From: Candidatus Thalassarchaeum betae
Lineage (GTDB): Archaea; Thermoplasmatota; Poseidoniia; Poseidoniales; Thalassarchaeaceae
Assembly: GCA_003193925.1 (NCBI GenBank)
Contig: PSPG01000001.1
Coordinates: forward strand, 32,001 to 96,000
Reading direction: 5' to 3'
Length of the DNA stretch: 64,000 nt
Shown here: in pieces, positions 49,701 through 59,504 of the stretch
Numbering within the stretch: position 1 is the stretch's first letter
Layout: every line of letters begins with the position of its first letter
Made by a program: the position numbers and the translations under genes
The notes under the pieces: generated by a model
Databases searched by the model: none
The model's input: the letters and a program-made list of their open reading frames with translations, nothing else
Told to the model about the DNA's origin: nothing

Positions 49701-52700
49701 CGGACGACGACTGCGGCGCCCCCGTCGCGGGCAATATGGAACCGCAGTGCATGTTCAATGACACTGCTGACCTAGATGACGACTTCGATGGCATTTACGA
49801 CCATTGGGACATCGACGACGACAACGACGGCATCTGGGACTACTTCGAGGTCGACAGCAACGACGACTTCGACGACGACGCAAACACCGAGCCTCCGGGA
49901 GCGTTCTTCATCGGCTTCAATTGCGAAGATGGCGACGATGACGGTACCGACACCGACCCCGACGGAGACGGCTGGTATCAGGCGGTCTGGGACAAGGGCG
50001 TACTAGGACAGGCCATGCTGCATCCGAAGTACTACGACGTCGACAACGACAATGACGGCGTGCCCGACGGGGAGGACCCCGACGACGACAACAACGGCCT
50101 CGATGACGAGCAGCAGGAGCTCCTGTGCTTCGTCGGTGAAGAGCAGTCCCCGTGGGACCACGACAACGACGGCGTCCTCGATTGGGTCGATGACGACTGG
50201 GACGGCGACGGCATCGTCAATGTCCTTGAACTAGCCTCTGCGACACCGTGGATTACCCCTTGGGATCACGACAACGACGGACTGCGGGACGACGTCGACC
50301 TCGACGACGACTCTGATGGCATGTTGGACGTGGACGAGATCATGCTGTGGCCCTCGAGGTTCGGAAGCGAGTCGACCAACCCATGGGACCACGACGACTT
50401 CGGTGGCGGTGAGGGCATTGCCAACCCATCCGACCCCAACACCGGCCCGGATGCGATCGATCAGGATGATGACAGCGACAACCGCACCGACCTCGACTGG
50501 GACCACCTCGAGGAGGGCTGGACTTCGGACAACTGCACCAACGGAGCAGAGTCCAGCGACTGGGACCACGACAACGACTGCATCCTCGACGAGGATGACA
50601 AGATTCCGACTAGAATCTCCTTGACCGTCCCGCCTATCCTCTGGCTGGACAATCGGTACGCTGCCAGATTCAACGGGACCGTGAACTGGCTCGACCCCGA
50701 GCAAGGGGTGTTCACACCAGCCCCTGACCTCCCCGTGCAAGTGCACATCGAATGGGCGAGGAACGGTACCTCAGCTGTCGAGACCATCGACGTGCTGACG
50801 AATCAGGATGGGGTCTTCGTGGTCGGGCAGTTCCTGTTCCCCGAGGACATACACGTCGGTGACAACACGACATACATCGTGTACGCTGAAGTGACCGAGA
50901 TGTTCGTCCACGACGGCGCGTCGACGGAGCCAGTGCCCGTCGAAGTCCGTGCCAACACCACTATCGACTACGTCGCGTGGACCTACTTCCGAAGCGACGA
51001 GCAACCGCTCTTCGTAGATTACAAGGTCCACTACACGGCTGACTGGGAGCGCGGCATCTTCGGCAACAGACTGTCTCACGCCCCGGTCTCGTTCACCATC
51101 AGCGGAGGCCTCTTCGGCAACACCACCCACCCAACCGTGTTCGACGGCTACGGCTACGGCTACAGAGCCGATTCCGGTGGATGGGTATCACTCACCTTCG
51201 TCCAGAGCAGTGGCACTCAGGGAGTCTGGAAGCAGGTCCAATGGAACTCGTCGATGGACAACGGGCCGGGCAAGGTGCCTGGGGGCTACGAGGAGATCGT
51301 CTGGGACAACTTCTCCAAGACCCACAGCGTGTTAGACCGCTACAACTACACTAACACGAGCCTGCCGACCGGAGACTACGCCTTCGTCGGCTTCTCCCGT
51401 CCCGACTTGGGCGCCGAATGGCCCTGGCCTTTCCTCGAGGGAGAGAGGACCGACAGCTTCGGCATCCGCTCCATGCATCGGATGTACGTTGAGGCGGACA
51501 TCATCACGCCGTCCATCCGCCCGGTCTACTTCTGGGACAGCACGCAGTTCACAGGCTCCTCCTTCGGAGCGTGGCGAGCCATGTTCCACGGACCATCGCT
51601 GGTCAATGCCGGTCTCGACTACACAGACGTCAGCCTCGGCAAGCCGTACGCGATGCTTTGGGACGGGTCACCAGCCGGCCTGACTGGCGAGGCAGCCCGG
51701 CTCAGGCCGTTCATCAGCTCCAACGGCACACACTGGTTCATCTCGATGCAGAACGGAGGCGACTTCAACGTGCCACCGTGCGGGCCTGTCAACCCGTTGG
51801 ATCCTAACAGCGATGTGCGCTGCGAGATCGTCCCGGAGATGTTCACAGGTGAGACGTACCGTGTCATCGGCACCGTGTGGAACCGCACGATGACCGCTTG
51901 GCCGCACGACCCGATGGCCCTGCAGGTCGACGTCGACCACAACGGCGTTTTCGCCGGCTCCTCCGAGACCGGTTACGCCCGAGTGCCTCAGATGGTCAAT
52001 GGCGAGGCACGGTTCGACTACAACTGGACCTGGTACTCGCAGTACGCCGCCGGCGTCTTCGGCATCCGGGCCGACTTCACCAACTCGAACTACTACTTCA
52101 CTGGAAACCAGACATCAGTGCTGGCTCCGACAGGAGCATACGTCAACGTCTCAGTGATCGGGACCACCGACTTCCAGCTAAACAACATCCCGCGTCTCTA
52201 TCGCGGTCAGAACACGACCATCGAGGCGCGGCTAATCGACAACGCGTACCAACCGGTGCGCGACGCCCCGGTCAATTACACCTGGTCGGCGGATGGTACC
52301 AGCGACATCACCGTCACCGACCACAATGGCGTGTTCGCGGTCAACCTGACCATCGGCGAGCTGCACGATCTGGGCAACTTCACTCTGAGTTACTCGTATC
52401 CGGGAGACCCCTTCCACCAAGGCAGCTCCTCCGAGATCTACCTGTGGGTTGTCTCGAGGACGCTGATCTCGCTGCAGAGCGCGACCTCGGGCTCCATGTC
52501 GAGCGGTGACATCTGGGAGTTCTCGGCCCAAGTGACCGATGACAACCGGACCCCGAACCCCACAGTGTTCGACCCGGGTCAGGCCTTGGACGGCTGCGGT
52601 GAGAACGGTGGCGAGGTGCTCATCATCTTCGAGGGCACCGACTTCGAGGACCGCACCCATCGTCAGATAGTCGAGGCGACGTGTCCGAGCGCCGGCTCGA

Positions 52701-54709
52701 TACACCACGACATCACGCTCGACCCGCAGTTGTTGCGTGACGACCCCGAGTCCTTCCTGCCGGACGGCTTCGGACCGGTCAACGTGATTCTGAGATTTGG
52801 GGAGAACCTGCCCCACGAGGGATGCGAACTCCTGGATGACGACATGCTGCGGACTTCCGGGGCGTGGGACCCGTGTACCCAGATAATCAACAGCGAGCAC
52901 TATCGCAAGGTGCTGCAGTTCAACGCGCAGGGATTCTACCTCATAGGCCGCACCAACTTGGTCGTGGACGACCAAATCGTCTACACATCCGAGATTGACC
53001 CAACCACGGGTCAGCCAATCGAGAAGCCGATGATGGTCACCGGGCAGCTGCTCGACGAGCTGGGCAGCAACCTGTCTTACAGGGCCATCCGAGTCGAATA
53101 CCAGATGCTCAACATGGACATGGGCAGCCAGGTCTGCATACCCGGAACCACCAATGGCGACGGATTCTTCGAGATCATCTGCCCGCTCTCCGGTGTCGAA
53201 GCGGGACAGGCCATGGTGACGATATCGTACGACCCGTACGAGAGTCTCGACAACTGGCGTTACAGAGCAACGAACATCACCAAGATCTTCCCGGTGTTCT
53301 CGAACTCCACCATGCTGATCCAGGAGGTAGGTCCGTTCCGAACCGATGTGGACACCTACTCCTTCGCAAACGGCTCGATCTTCCCGGTCCTGTACCTCAA
53401 GGAGTCCTTCCACATCAACGCCTTGCTGACCCAGACCAACGGCAACCCGATTGGCGGCAAGTGCCTGAACATTTACCTCGACCCCATGACTAACACGCGC
53501 CCGATCGCCACTACGATCACGATGGATGGCACAGGTGAGGTCGGGTGGTTCTCGGGCGACCCCGAGGACAACCCGAGCCGGCGAGGGGTCGAGCCCAACG
53601 GCGAACAACTGGAAGGCTTCAGGACGGTGCGCGTGGCCTACGAGCCCAACAAGGAGCTGCCCGGAGGCTGCCGCGCCGAGACCACGCCAGTGGTCAACGG
53701 CTCGTTCATGGACATCGAGGTGCTCGTGCGCAGCCGCGTCGACATCCTGCTGAAGGACCACTGGGCCAGTTCTGTGGGCTACCAGCCAGGTGACTCGATC
53801 ACCGGCGCGGTTTCGATCCTGAGGGACCGTCTGGACCTGTCGGTCGAGGGCGAGACGGTGATATTCACCTTCCAGTACTGGAACGGCACAGGCTGGGTGA
53901 CCAACGATGTCGAGTACGCCGTGACCAACGAGCAGGGAACTGCCAACTTCAGTTACGAGTACTCGGGCGAGGACATACCTGGCGAAATCGAGTGCGATGC
54001 AGGAGGCCCCTGCGCGCAGAGCGGCAGATGGCGGGTACTGGTGCACTTCCAAGAGTCGTCATTCTTCCAAGAGGAGTTCCTCAACAGCACCCCGATCATC
54101 TTCCTCGGAGAGCCCATTGTCACTCAGAGGCAGAGTTTCTTCACCATGCGTGTGATGATTGTTTTGGGAGTCGCCCTGGCTTTCACCGCCCTCATCGGCG
54201 TCATCATGTACCGCAACTACACCGAGCGCCGGCGCATCGAGATCATCCGCGGGATACTGACGGACTCGCTGATGTCGCTCAAGGCCTCGAACGACTACAT
54301 CCAGACCATCTTCAACTGCTACAAGGACCTGGTGAGGTTCTTCAGGTCCAGAGGCGCCATGAAGAAGGTCTACGAGACCACTCGAGAGTTCGAGGACGCA
54401 ATCAACTCGATGCTGGGCGGAATCGCTCCGCCCGAGGACCTCGGCGAACTCTTCTCGATATTCGAGGAGGCGCGCTACTCCGACCATGAGATAGGTGCGG
54501 ACCAGCGTGACAGGGCCATCGTCGCTCTGCAGGCAATCGTCAACCACCTGACCTCTGCTCTGGGCGACAGCATGCTGAGCAGGTCGTACGTTGACGAGTC
54601 GACCCTGTACGGCGCCGTGATTAAGGCCGGAGAGTTCGTCGACTCGGAGGGCCAGACCAGGATTGCAGGCATCGACGAGGACAGCCCGGACGATGGCTTC
54701 CGAATCTGA
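46727..54709 (+). CDS. Giant surface protein: thrombospondin type-3-like Ca-binding repeats with an inserted cupredoxin, Ig-like stalk, TM helix, DUF4129-like cytoplasmic domain
   Basis: N-terminal hydrophobic helix; dozens of DxDNDG/DHDNDG repeats; HTVT...YSCLLHPTM; TM helix; YETTREF...FEEARYSDH. Confidence 0.9.
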   Translation: MDETSTRTMRDRRKNNSAIAMVLLMLMSAQLYSFQDFERDDPEESEWGAVPQRTAYQQMNQASGPMSGDSQGQPAAGFAWDQVSFTDPRYHDPASFFGKVSDPSILNLDAGYGFFLEQTRTQDHDNDGIDDLNDLDDDNDGINDLLERFDGCYGTDPFDHDNDGILDEFDWDDDSDGILEGPIDYSQGTDPRNVSADRYVEPSTVHPWTGTPVGTGYLVDQNPMDHDNDGITDEDTDGTGRGSYDEDDDNDGRIDQFKWPCDFDGDGLQDYFDLDDDNDGVADLWDEHPWDATKTGNITATAPLWEGWVVWSAGATTHNVNIVSGGYISSTLNINAGDTVVWTNTDTVDHTVTHSGTTFDSNPISPGGTFSYTFTTAGTYNYSCLLHPTMTGQVVVTSSGTTANVYSHFVGGVDYVQRETMWHPRNQSFTMIIDGDLDGDGIPNFLDPDDDNDGTPDSADTDDDNDGLLDMYDVDDDNDGIPDTCHQIDTNNDGVGDYPIPYTRIEVPGIDCEMDYDRDLDDDRYRPIDQDYDLVWDWLDPDMGGTALPDNPLGGPAFDASDIPFDLDNDGLLNEEDPFMISTWDEVQTWNCPSVDNPNPVNSHENCVLMRKSYTGNNDWDGDGINNWEDVDDDNDGILDWLDLDPDCDFDDDNDLHQLNGSMYRDDGPNDIDTDIDGDGLPNDVDWDDDNDGIPDYYDPDDGNCGIVDSDSTDPFSSYYYSHGDGDPIDGSDDSDMYADDTVHTFYWNQSWMFNPFNLENNFVLDYNGYVNDATGVVTGKVPEMYWYVIMKWSPYNGGNYFDIDMDGDSLVNGIDVDQDGDGLPDWWDQDEGNDGVLDVDDIKMGGSFDEGTCGSTLFLVVYQIALSDHACGLDYAWLYGWPLQRATQTQQNIYTSPYSSRPDPEHDEGAYNGSNSQGQWTCNKNCFWFDFFGNQDIGPSSAVTYNQIKDNRDLWIAYVGINYGLFSWNSDGNGNMFPDERADLLNNDVDPDDDCGAPVAGNMEPQCMFNDTADLDDDFDGIYDHWDIDDDNDGIWDYFEVDSNDDFDDDANTEPPGAFFIGFNCEDGDDDGTDTDPDGDGWYQAVWDKGVLGQAMLHPKYYDVDNDNDGVPDGEDPDDDNNGLDDEQQELLCFVGEEQSPWDHDNDGVLDWVDDDWDGDGIVNVLELASATPWITPWDHDNDGLRDDVDLDDDSDGMLDVDEIMLWPSRFGSESTNPWDHDDFGGGEGIANPSDPNTGPDAIDQDDDSDNRTDLDWDHLEEGWTSDNCTNGAESSDWDHDNDCILDEDDKIPTRISLTVPPILWLDNRYAARFNGTVNWLDPEQGVFTPAPDLPVQVHIEWARNGTSAVETIDVLTNQDGVFVVGQFLFPEDIHVGDNTTYIVYAEVTEMFVHDGASTEPVPVEVRANTTIDYVAWTYFRSDEQPLFVDYKVHYTADWERGIFGNRLSHAPVSFTISGGLFGNTTHPTVFDGYGYGYRADSGGWVSLTFVQSSGTQGVWKQVQWNSSMDNGPGKVPGGYEEIVWDNFSKTHSVLDRYNYTNTSLPTGDYAFVGFSRPDLGAEWPWPFLEGERTDSFGIRSMHRMYVEADIITPSIRPVYFWDSTQFTGSSFGAWRAMFHGPSLVNAGLDYTDVSLGKPYAMLWDGSPAGLTGEAARLRPFISSNGTHWFISMQNGGDFNVPPCGPVNPLDPNSDVRCEIVPEMFTGETYRVIGTVWNRTMTAWPHDPMALQVDVDHNGVFAGSSETGYARVPQMVNGEARFDYNWTWYSQYAAGVFGIRADFTNSNYYFTGNQTSVLAPTGAYVNVSVIGTTDFQLNNIPRLYRGQNTTIEARLIDNAYQPVRDAPVNYTWSADGTSDITVTDHNGVFAVNLTIGELHDLGNFTLSYSYPGDPFHQGSSSEIYLWVVSRTLISLQSATSGSMSSGDIWEFSAQVTDDNRTPNPTVFDPGQALDGCGENGGEVLIIFEGTDFEDRTHRQIVEATCPSAGSIHHDITLDPQLLRDDPESFLPDGFGPVNVILRFGENLPHEGCELLDDDMLRTSGAWDPCTQIINSEHYRKVLQFNAQGFYLIGRTNLVVDDQIVYTSEIDPTTGQPIEKPMMVTGQLLDELGSNLSYRAIRVEYQMLNMDMGSQVCIPGTTNGDGFFEIICPLSGVEAGQAMVTISYDPYESLDNWRYRATNITKIFPVFSNSTMLIQEVGPFRTDVDTYSFANGSIFPVLYLKESFHINALLTQTNGNPIGGKCLNIYLDPMTNTRPIATTITMDGTGEVGWFSGDPEDNPSRRGVEPNGEQLEGFRTVRVAYEPNKELPGGCRAETTPVVNGSFMDIEVLVRSRVDILLKDHWASSVGYQPGDSITGAVSILRDRLDLSVEGETVIFTFQYWNGTGWVTNDVEYAVTNEQGTANFSYEYSGEDIPGEIECDAGGPCAQSGRWRVLVHFQESSFFQEEFLNSTPIIFLGEPIVTQRQSFFTMRVMIVLGVALAFTALIGVIMYRNYTERRRIEIIRGILTDSLMSLKASNDYIQTIFNCYKDLVRFFRSRGAMKKVYETTREFEDAINSMLGGIAPPEDLGELFSIFEEARYSDHEIGADQRDRAIVALQAIVNHLTSALGDSMLSRSYVDESTLYGAVIKAGEFVDSEGQTRIAGIDEDSPDDGFRI

Positions 54710-54725
54710 TTCGGACCCATCCTGA

Positions 54726-54779
54726 TGGGAGGGCACTTCCCTGCATCCTCCCACCGCAGTGATTCGCCCCTTCGGGGCG
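54726..54779 (+). terminator. Hairpins downstream of the giant gene (possible terminator or 3' stabiliser)
   Basis: tgggagg...cctccca (54726-54753) and cgcccc-ttc-ggggcg (54765-54779). Confidence 0.35.
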
Positions 54780-54843
54780 CCCCGTAGCATTGATAACACC
54801 GCCTCGGGTGGCCGCGCTACCCGAGTAACGCCGAGGGAGTCAT

Positions 54844-55209
54844 ATGACTAAGAACAAGAGAAAGACCAATCAGGCCCTTGTCACTCTAATCGGTGAACTC
54901 AAGGACCAGAGCAGATCGACTGGTTCTGCGCTGTGGCGAGACGTTGCTATGCGGCTCGAGTCGAGCCGCAGCAACTGGGCTGAACCTAACCTGAGCCGTC
55001 TGTCGCGTCACGCCGCGAACGAGGACTTCGTACTGGTTCCCGGGAAGTTGCTAGGCAGCGGTGATGTCGTCGGCAAACCGAGCGTCGCAGCCTACAGGGT
55101 CAGTGCCGGCGCCCGCTCAAAGATAGAGGCAGCCGGTGGCCGAGTCATGACGATCCGCGAATTGATGGACGAGAATCCCAAGGGCAAGGGGGTGAGGATA
55201 CTTGGCTGA
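54844..55209 (+). CDS. rpl18e: 50S ribosomal protein eL18
   Basis: KTNQAL...ALWRDVA...NLSRL...VPGKLLGSG...KIEAAGG...NPKG. Confidence 0.95.
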   Translation: MTKNKRKTNQALVTLIGELKDQSRSTGSALWRDVAMRLESSRSNWAEPNLSRLSRHAANEDFVLVPGKLLGSGDVVGKPSVAAYRVSAGARSKIEAAGGRVMTIRELMDENPKGKGVRILG

Positions 55210-55687
55210 AGCTGGAACGCTGGTCTATGATGCCAAGGACAAGATCCTCGGACGCCTCGCGAGCCACGTGGCCAAGCAACTCATGGTGGCCCGCAAGTCC
55301 GGCCGAGAGCAGCGCGTAATCATCTACAACGCGGAGCACGCCGTAGTCTCCGGGCCGAAGACCAAGGTATTGGCCGATTACGACTTCAAGTACAAGCTCA
55401 ACCACCCGAGGAAGGGACCCTTCTTCCCGAGAATGCCGGACCAGATTCTCAAGAGAACCGTCCGCGGAATGCTTCCTTACCAGAAGAACAGCAGCGGCCG
55501 TGGGGCACTGCGCGACCTGAGGGTCGTGATAGGCCTGCCAGTCAACCTCTCCGGCGACGACCTGCCAGAGGGCCACGCCTGGGGGGACACCTCAGGCATC
55601 GAGAGGCCCCTGCCGCTGAAGTTCGTCCGCCTCGGGGAGATTAGTTCTTCACTCGGCGTCGACGCGAGTCGATGGGGTGGTGAGTGA
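55202..55687 (+). CDS. rpl13: 50S ribosomal protein uL13
   Basis: [43 protein letters not shown]. Confidence 0.96.
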   Translation: MAEAGTLVYDAKDKILGRLASHVAKQLMVARKSGREQRVIIYNAEHAVVSGPKTKVLADYDFKYKLNHPRKGPFFPRMPDQILKRTVRGMLPYQKNSSGRGALRDLRVVIGLPVNLSGDDLPEGHAWGDTSGIERPLPLKFVRLGEISSSLGVDASRWGGE

Positions 55688-55689
55688 AG

Positions 55690-56130
55690 ATGGCCAAGAA
55701 ACCGAAGAAGAAGACCGCCGTCAACATGAGCGGCAAGCGCAAGACGGCCATCGCCCGCGCCACCGTGCGCAAGGGCAAGGGGCGCGTTCGCATCAACAGC
55801 AAGCCGATTTACATCATGGAGCCCGAACTCGCTCGCCGCAAGGCACTGGAGCCGGTTCAGATCGCCGAGGCGATGAACCGCCTCACAGACGTCGATGTCG
55901 CAGTCAATGTCGAAGGCGGCGGACAGATGGGACAGGTCGACGCCATTCGCACCGCCATCGCCCGAGGGCTGGTCAAGTGGAACGGCGGAGCCGAGGGCGA
56001 TGACGAGGAACTCCGGGACGAGTACCTGCGCTTCGACCGCAGTCTGCTCGTGAACGACCCGCGCCGCAAGGAGCCCAAGCATCAAATGGGGCGCGGTGCT
56101 CGTGCGAAGTGGCAGAAGTCGTACAGGTGA
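55690..56130 (+). CDS. rps9: 30S ribosomal protein uS9
   Basis: [46 protein letters not shown]. Confidence 0.97.
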   Translation: MAKKPKKKTAVNMSGKRKTAIARATVRKGKGRVRINSKPIYIMEPELARRKALEPVQIAEAMNRLTDVDVAVNVEGGGQMGQVDAIRTAIARGLVKWNGGAEGDDEELRDEYLRFDRSLLVNDPRRKEPKHQMGRGARAKWQKSYR

Positions 56131-56138
56131 GTGAGGAT

Positions 56139-56345
56139 ATGTTGATTCCAGTAAGGTGTTGGAGTTGTGGCAAGGTCATCGCCCACGTCTACGAGCAATA
56201 CAAGCAATCGGTCGCTGATGGCGAGGATTCCCAGAAGGTCCTCGATGACCTCGGCATTGAGAGATACTGCTGCCGCAGGATGTTCGTCGGCCATGTCGAC
56301 CTCATTGATGACATAGGCCCTTTCAGCATAGCCAGAGAGTTCTGA
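56139..56345 (+). CDS. rpoN: RNA polymerase subunit Rpo10 (RpoN)
   Basis: [14 protein letters not shown]...[14 protein letters not shown]. Confidence 0.97.
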   Translation: MLIPVRCWSCGKVIAHVYEQYKQSVADGEDSQKVLDDLGIERYCCRRMFVGHVDLIDDIGPFSIAREF

Positions 56346-56398
56346 TTCCCCGCTCCGACAGGGCTTTGACGGTCTCCTGTCTCGCTCCGAGGGCCCAA

Positions 56399-56476
56399 GG
56401 GCCTGTAGGTTAGTTTGGCCTATACTTCGCGGCTGGGGGCCGCGCGACCCAGGTTCAAATCCTGGCAGGCCCACCA
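56399..56476 (+). tRNA. tRNA-Pro(GGG)
   Basis: gggcctgtag...cgcgg-ctGGGgg-ccgcg...ggttcaaatcc...caggcccacca; CCA encoded. Confidence 0.95.
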
Positions 56477-56532
56477 CTTTCGCTTCTGATCTTTCCATTT
56501 TTTGAAATTTAGGAGCCCTACGGGCTCCTAAA
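56477..56532 (+). terminator. T-rich tract plus a perfect 11-bp hairpin after tRNA-Pro
   Basis: ctttccatttttt, then tttaggagccc-tac-gggctcctaaa (56508-56532). Confidence 0.6.
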
Positions 56533-56568
56533 CCACAGGTTGAAGGGTGTGGGCCCACTTCGCTTACC

Positions 56569-58686
56569 ATGGTAGCGGAGCGGCCGAGCGAAGCCGGCGA
56601 GCAGGCTCTGGTAGAGTGGCTCGCCGGGCAGATATCACATCACTCACATCTCTACTACAACGAGGCGAGTCCGGAGATCTCCGATGCAGAGTTCGACGAG
56701 CTGTGGGATGAGCTGAGGAGCCTGTCTCCCGAGCACCCCCAACTGCTGAGGGTCGGCACAGACCCGCCTCCGGGCTCGGTCAAGGTGAATCACCTGTTTC
56801 CCATGCTCAGCCTCGACAAGGCGAACACCGAGGAAGAGGTAGCCCATTTCATCTCCGAGACCACGGCCCAAGGGAGGAGGTTCGTCTGCCAGCCTAAGGT
56901 AGACGGCTCCGCTCTCTCACTCGAGTATCGCCGGGGGCGCCTCATCAGGGCCGCGACTCGCGGTAGCGGAACCCGTGGTGAGGACATCACCGCGAACGTC
57001 CGCAGGATACCGAACGTCGCAGAGGCCATTGGCTGGGACGGGGATTGCCACGTTCGCGGCGAGGCTGTGATGCCCCTGGCCACTTTCCGAGAGAAGTACG
57101 CCGAGATCGCACCCAACCCCCGTAACCTAGCGGCAGGCTCACTCAGGCAGAAGCACGCAGAGGCCGGCAAGGGGCGCGCCGAGGACCTCGTGTTCCTCGC
57201 GTACGGAGCCGAGTTCCCAGCTGGTGCCTCGAGGCACCCAGACAGCCCCGAGCCTCCGGCTTTCGAATACGACTCGGAAGTGATATCATGGCTGCAGAGC
57301 ATAGGGGTGGAGGTCGCAGGCAACGAAGTCACCGGCGGTGCGGATGACGACTCCACCTGCTCCGCTGTCCTCTCGGTAGTCCAAAATTGGACTGATAGGC
57401 GCGAGAGCGCGAATTGGGAGATCGATGGCATAGTGGTCAAGTTGGACCGTCTCGACAAGCGCGAGCTCCTCGGTATGACCGCTCACCATCCGAGATGGGC
57501 TCTCGCCTGGAAGTTCCCTCCCGAGGAAGCGACGACCGTGCTGATGGACGTGGCCTGGCAGACCGGCAGGACGGGGAACGTGACCCCCGTCTCCAGAGTC
57601 GCTCCGGTGATGGTTTCCGGAGTAACGGTGGAGAACACCACCCTGCACAACAGGGGGGAGGTTGAACGGCTGGGGATTCAGGTCGGCGACAAGGTCAGAG
57701 TGGTTCGCAGGGGCGATGTCATCCCGAAGATAATCGAGGTTCTGGGACCCGCAGCAGCCTCGGATCTGGAGGGCAGGCGGCACTCCGACGGCACCCCTTT
57801 CGCAGAACTGCTACCAAGGAGGATGGAGGTGACTGTACCGACCGAGTGCCCACGCTGCGGGACCACACTGATCGAGGACGGCGCTTTCATCCGCTGCACC
57901 AACCTAGACTGCCCATCACGGCTCGAGAGAGCAATCCTCTACTGGTGCAGGTACCTAGAGATGGACGGCGTAGGTGAGAAGCTGGCCGAGCAGATGTGCG
58001 AAACAGGACTCGTGACGACGCTCGCCGATCTGTACAAGCTCGAGCGCGAGGACATCGAGGGCCTCGAGAGGATGGCTGAGAAGTCTGCGAGCAATGTGAT
58101 CGACCAACTGGAGGGCAGCAGGAGAATGCCACTGAGTACCTTCATCGCAGCGCTCGGACTTCCCAGGATAGGCCCTGAATTCGCTTCCGTGATAGCAACC
58201 GAGGCCGGCAGCCTCGACGAGCTCCTGGACCTGGTCTCGAAGATGGACGAGGACCCGGGAGTCGACGAGTCGGGCAAACCGAACAAGCACAATCCTTCGA
58301 TGAGCAGACTCATCGCGATCGAAGGCGTCGGCGAGACGGTAGCCCGACTGCTCTTGGAGGGACTCGCAACGCGCTCCGAGATTGTAGCGGAACTGAGCGA
58401 GGAACTCGATATCACAGAGGAGTCCCCCAAGCGGGAGGCAGGCCCGCTACAGGGACAGACCTTCTGCATCACAGGCACCCTGAGCCGCCCCAGGAAGGAG
58501 ACCGCTCTGTCGATTAAGGCCGAGGGCGGCAAGGTGGTCTCCTCCGTCTCAGGCAAGTTGGACTTCTTAGTCGCAGGGGCATCAGCGGGCTCCAAGCTGG
58601 AAAAGGCGAACAGGCTCGGCGTCGGTGTCCTGAACGAGGCCGAACTCGCCGAGATGTTGCGTCCTGAGCCCTCGGAGCAGCACTAG
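56569..58686 (+). CDS. ligA: NAD+-dependent DNA ligase
   Basis: YYN..PEISDAEFD, PMLSLD, KVDG adenylation motif, TRG.G..GEDIT, NPRN.AAGSLRQ, DGIVVK, TGRTG, C4 zinc finger, HhH, BRCT. Confidence 0.96.
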   Translation: MVAERPSEAGEQALVEWLAGQISHHSHLYYNEASPEISDAEFDELWDELRSLSPEHPQLLRVGTDPPPGSVKVNHLFPMLSLDKANTEEEVAHFISETTAQGRRFVCQPKVDGSALSLEYRRGRLIRAATRGSGTRGEDITANVRRIPNVAEAIGWDGDCHVRGEAVMPLATFREKYAEIAPNPRNLAAGSLRQKHAEAGKGRAEDLVFLAYGAEFPAGASRHPDSPEPPAFEYDSEVISWLQSIGVEVAGNEVTGGADDDSTCSAVLSVVQNWTDRRESANWEIDGIVVKLDRLDKRELLGMTAHHPRWALAWKFPPEEATTVLMDVAWQTGRTGNVTPVSRVAPVMVSGVTVENTTLHNRGEVERLGIQVGDKVRVVRRGDVIPKIIEVLGPAAASDLEGRRHSDGTPFAELLPRRMEVTVPTECPRCGTTLIEDGAFIRCTNLDCPSRLERAILYWCRYLEMDGVGEKLAEQMCETGLVTTLADLYKLEREDIEGLERMAEKSASNVIDQLEGSRRMPLSTFIAALGLPRIGPEFASVIATEAGSLDELLDLVSKMDEDPGVDESGKPNKHNPSMSRLIAIEGVGETVARLLLEGLATRSEIVAELSEELDITEESPKREAGPLQGQTFCITGTLSRPRKETALSIKAEGGKVVSSVSGKLDFLVAGASAGSKLEKANRLGVGVLNEAELAEMLRPEPSEQH

Positions 58687-58703
58687 AGTGTGCTCGCGGA
58701 GTT

Positions 58704-59504
58704 CTAGCCGTACATCGAACTGGGAGCGCCGCCGCTCTCACTCGGCGGATTGAGGTGCACTGCCATCATCTCGCGGATCTCTCCTTCTATCCTCTGGGCC
58801 TCGGCCAACAGTGGCTCGGGGTCAAGATGCACCGCAGGAAGCAGGTTGTCCAAGCACTCGATAATTCGAGCCGCCGCACGTGCGTCAGGAAGGCTGCCGC
58901 CGATATCGCCGTCCGATTCCGCTAGAATCGCCATGGCATCGATCTCTCTCCTTCTGCACTCTCCCATCATCACTCCGGTGATGCCCCCGACCACCCCCTG
59001 CTTGAGCAGAGGCACGCCGAGACCGGCCAGAGTCTCGTGCGAGGCGTCTGTCGAGCCTATTCCGAGCATCGTCTCCTCAGACTCGTCATCGTCGAAGATC
59101 GAGTGCTGTTGGCCGATTCCTTGGGCGTAGGAGTCGATTAGAATAATCGCGCCCACGCCGTTCTCCGAGCACCAGTCCAGCAGGGTGGTCGCGAGGGGCA
59201 GGTTCAGCTCTGGAATGACCTGTATCTCGGAGGCAATCAGAACAATCTTGTCGCAGCGCTCCATGTTGCAGAGCGGCTCGCCGGAGTAGAATCTCATCGG
59301 AGGAAGTGGCTTCCCATCCTGAACTAGGCAGACCGGGGGGAGCTTAGGGTGTCTGACGCCGCCCACCAGTTCCAAGTCCAGTTTGTCGACGAGGTAATGC
59401 GCCACGATACTGCTGACGAAGCCAATTGACGGGAAGCAACTGACGACCAGAGCGCCGGTGGCGTTCAAATCAGGGTCGACCTCTACCTTCGGTGGCTCCG
59501 ACAT
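58704..59504 (-). CDS. Proteasome assembly chaperone (PAC2/Pba family)
   Basis: FPSIGFVSSI...LVDKL, PMRFY, PDARAAA, L..EAQRIE; C-terminal HbYX motif (MYG). Confidence 0.9.
   Translation of the reverse strand: MSEPPKVEVDPDLNATGALVVSCFPSIGFVSSIVAHYLVDKLDLELVGGVRHPKLPPVCLVQDGKPLPPMRFYSGEPLCNMERCDKIVLIASEIQVIPELNLPLATTLLDWCSENGVGAIILIDSYAQGIGQQHSIFDDDESEETMLGIGSTDASHETLAGLGVPLLKQGVVGGITGVMMGECRRREIDAMAILAESDGDIGGSLPDARAAARIIECLDNLLPAVHLDPEPLLAEAQRIEGEIREMMAVHLNPPSESGGAPSSMYG

Noticed and set aside
47090-50600. Recurrent gacgacgacaacgacggc DNA motifs as a repeat element or DGR
   Set aside because: They simply encode DDDNDG peptide repeats; there is no regular spacing, template/variable repeat pair or reverse transcriptase.
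52232-54052. 606-aa minus-strand ORF, and similar ones such as 46925-47788 and 14944-15828
   Set aside because: Antisense shadows of genes with strong G/C third-position bias; they show the typical V/D/E/H-rich mirror composition and no motifs.
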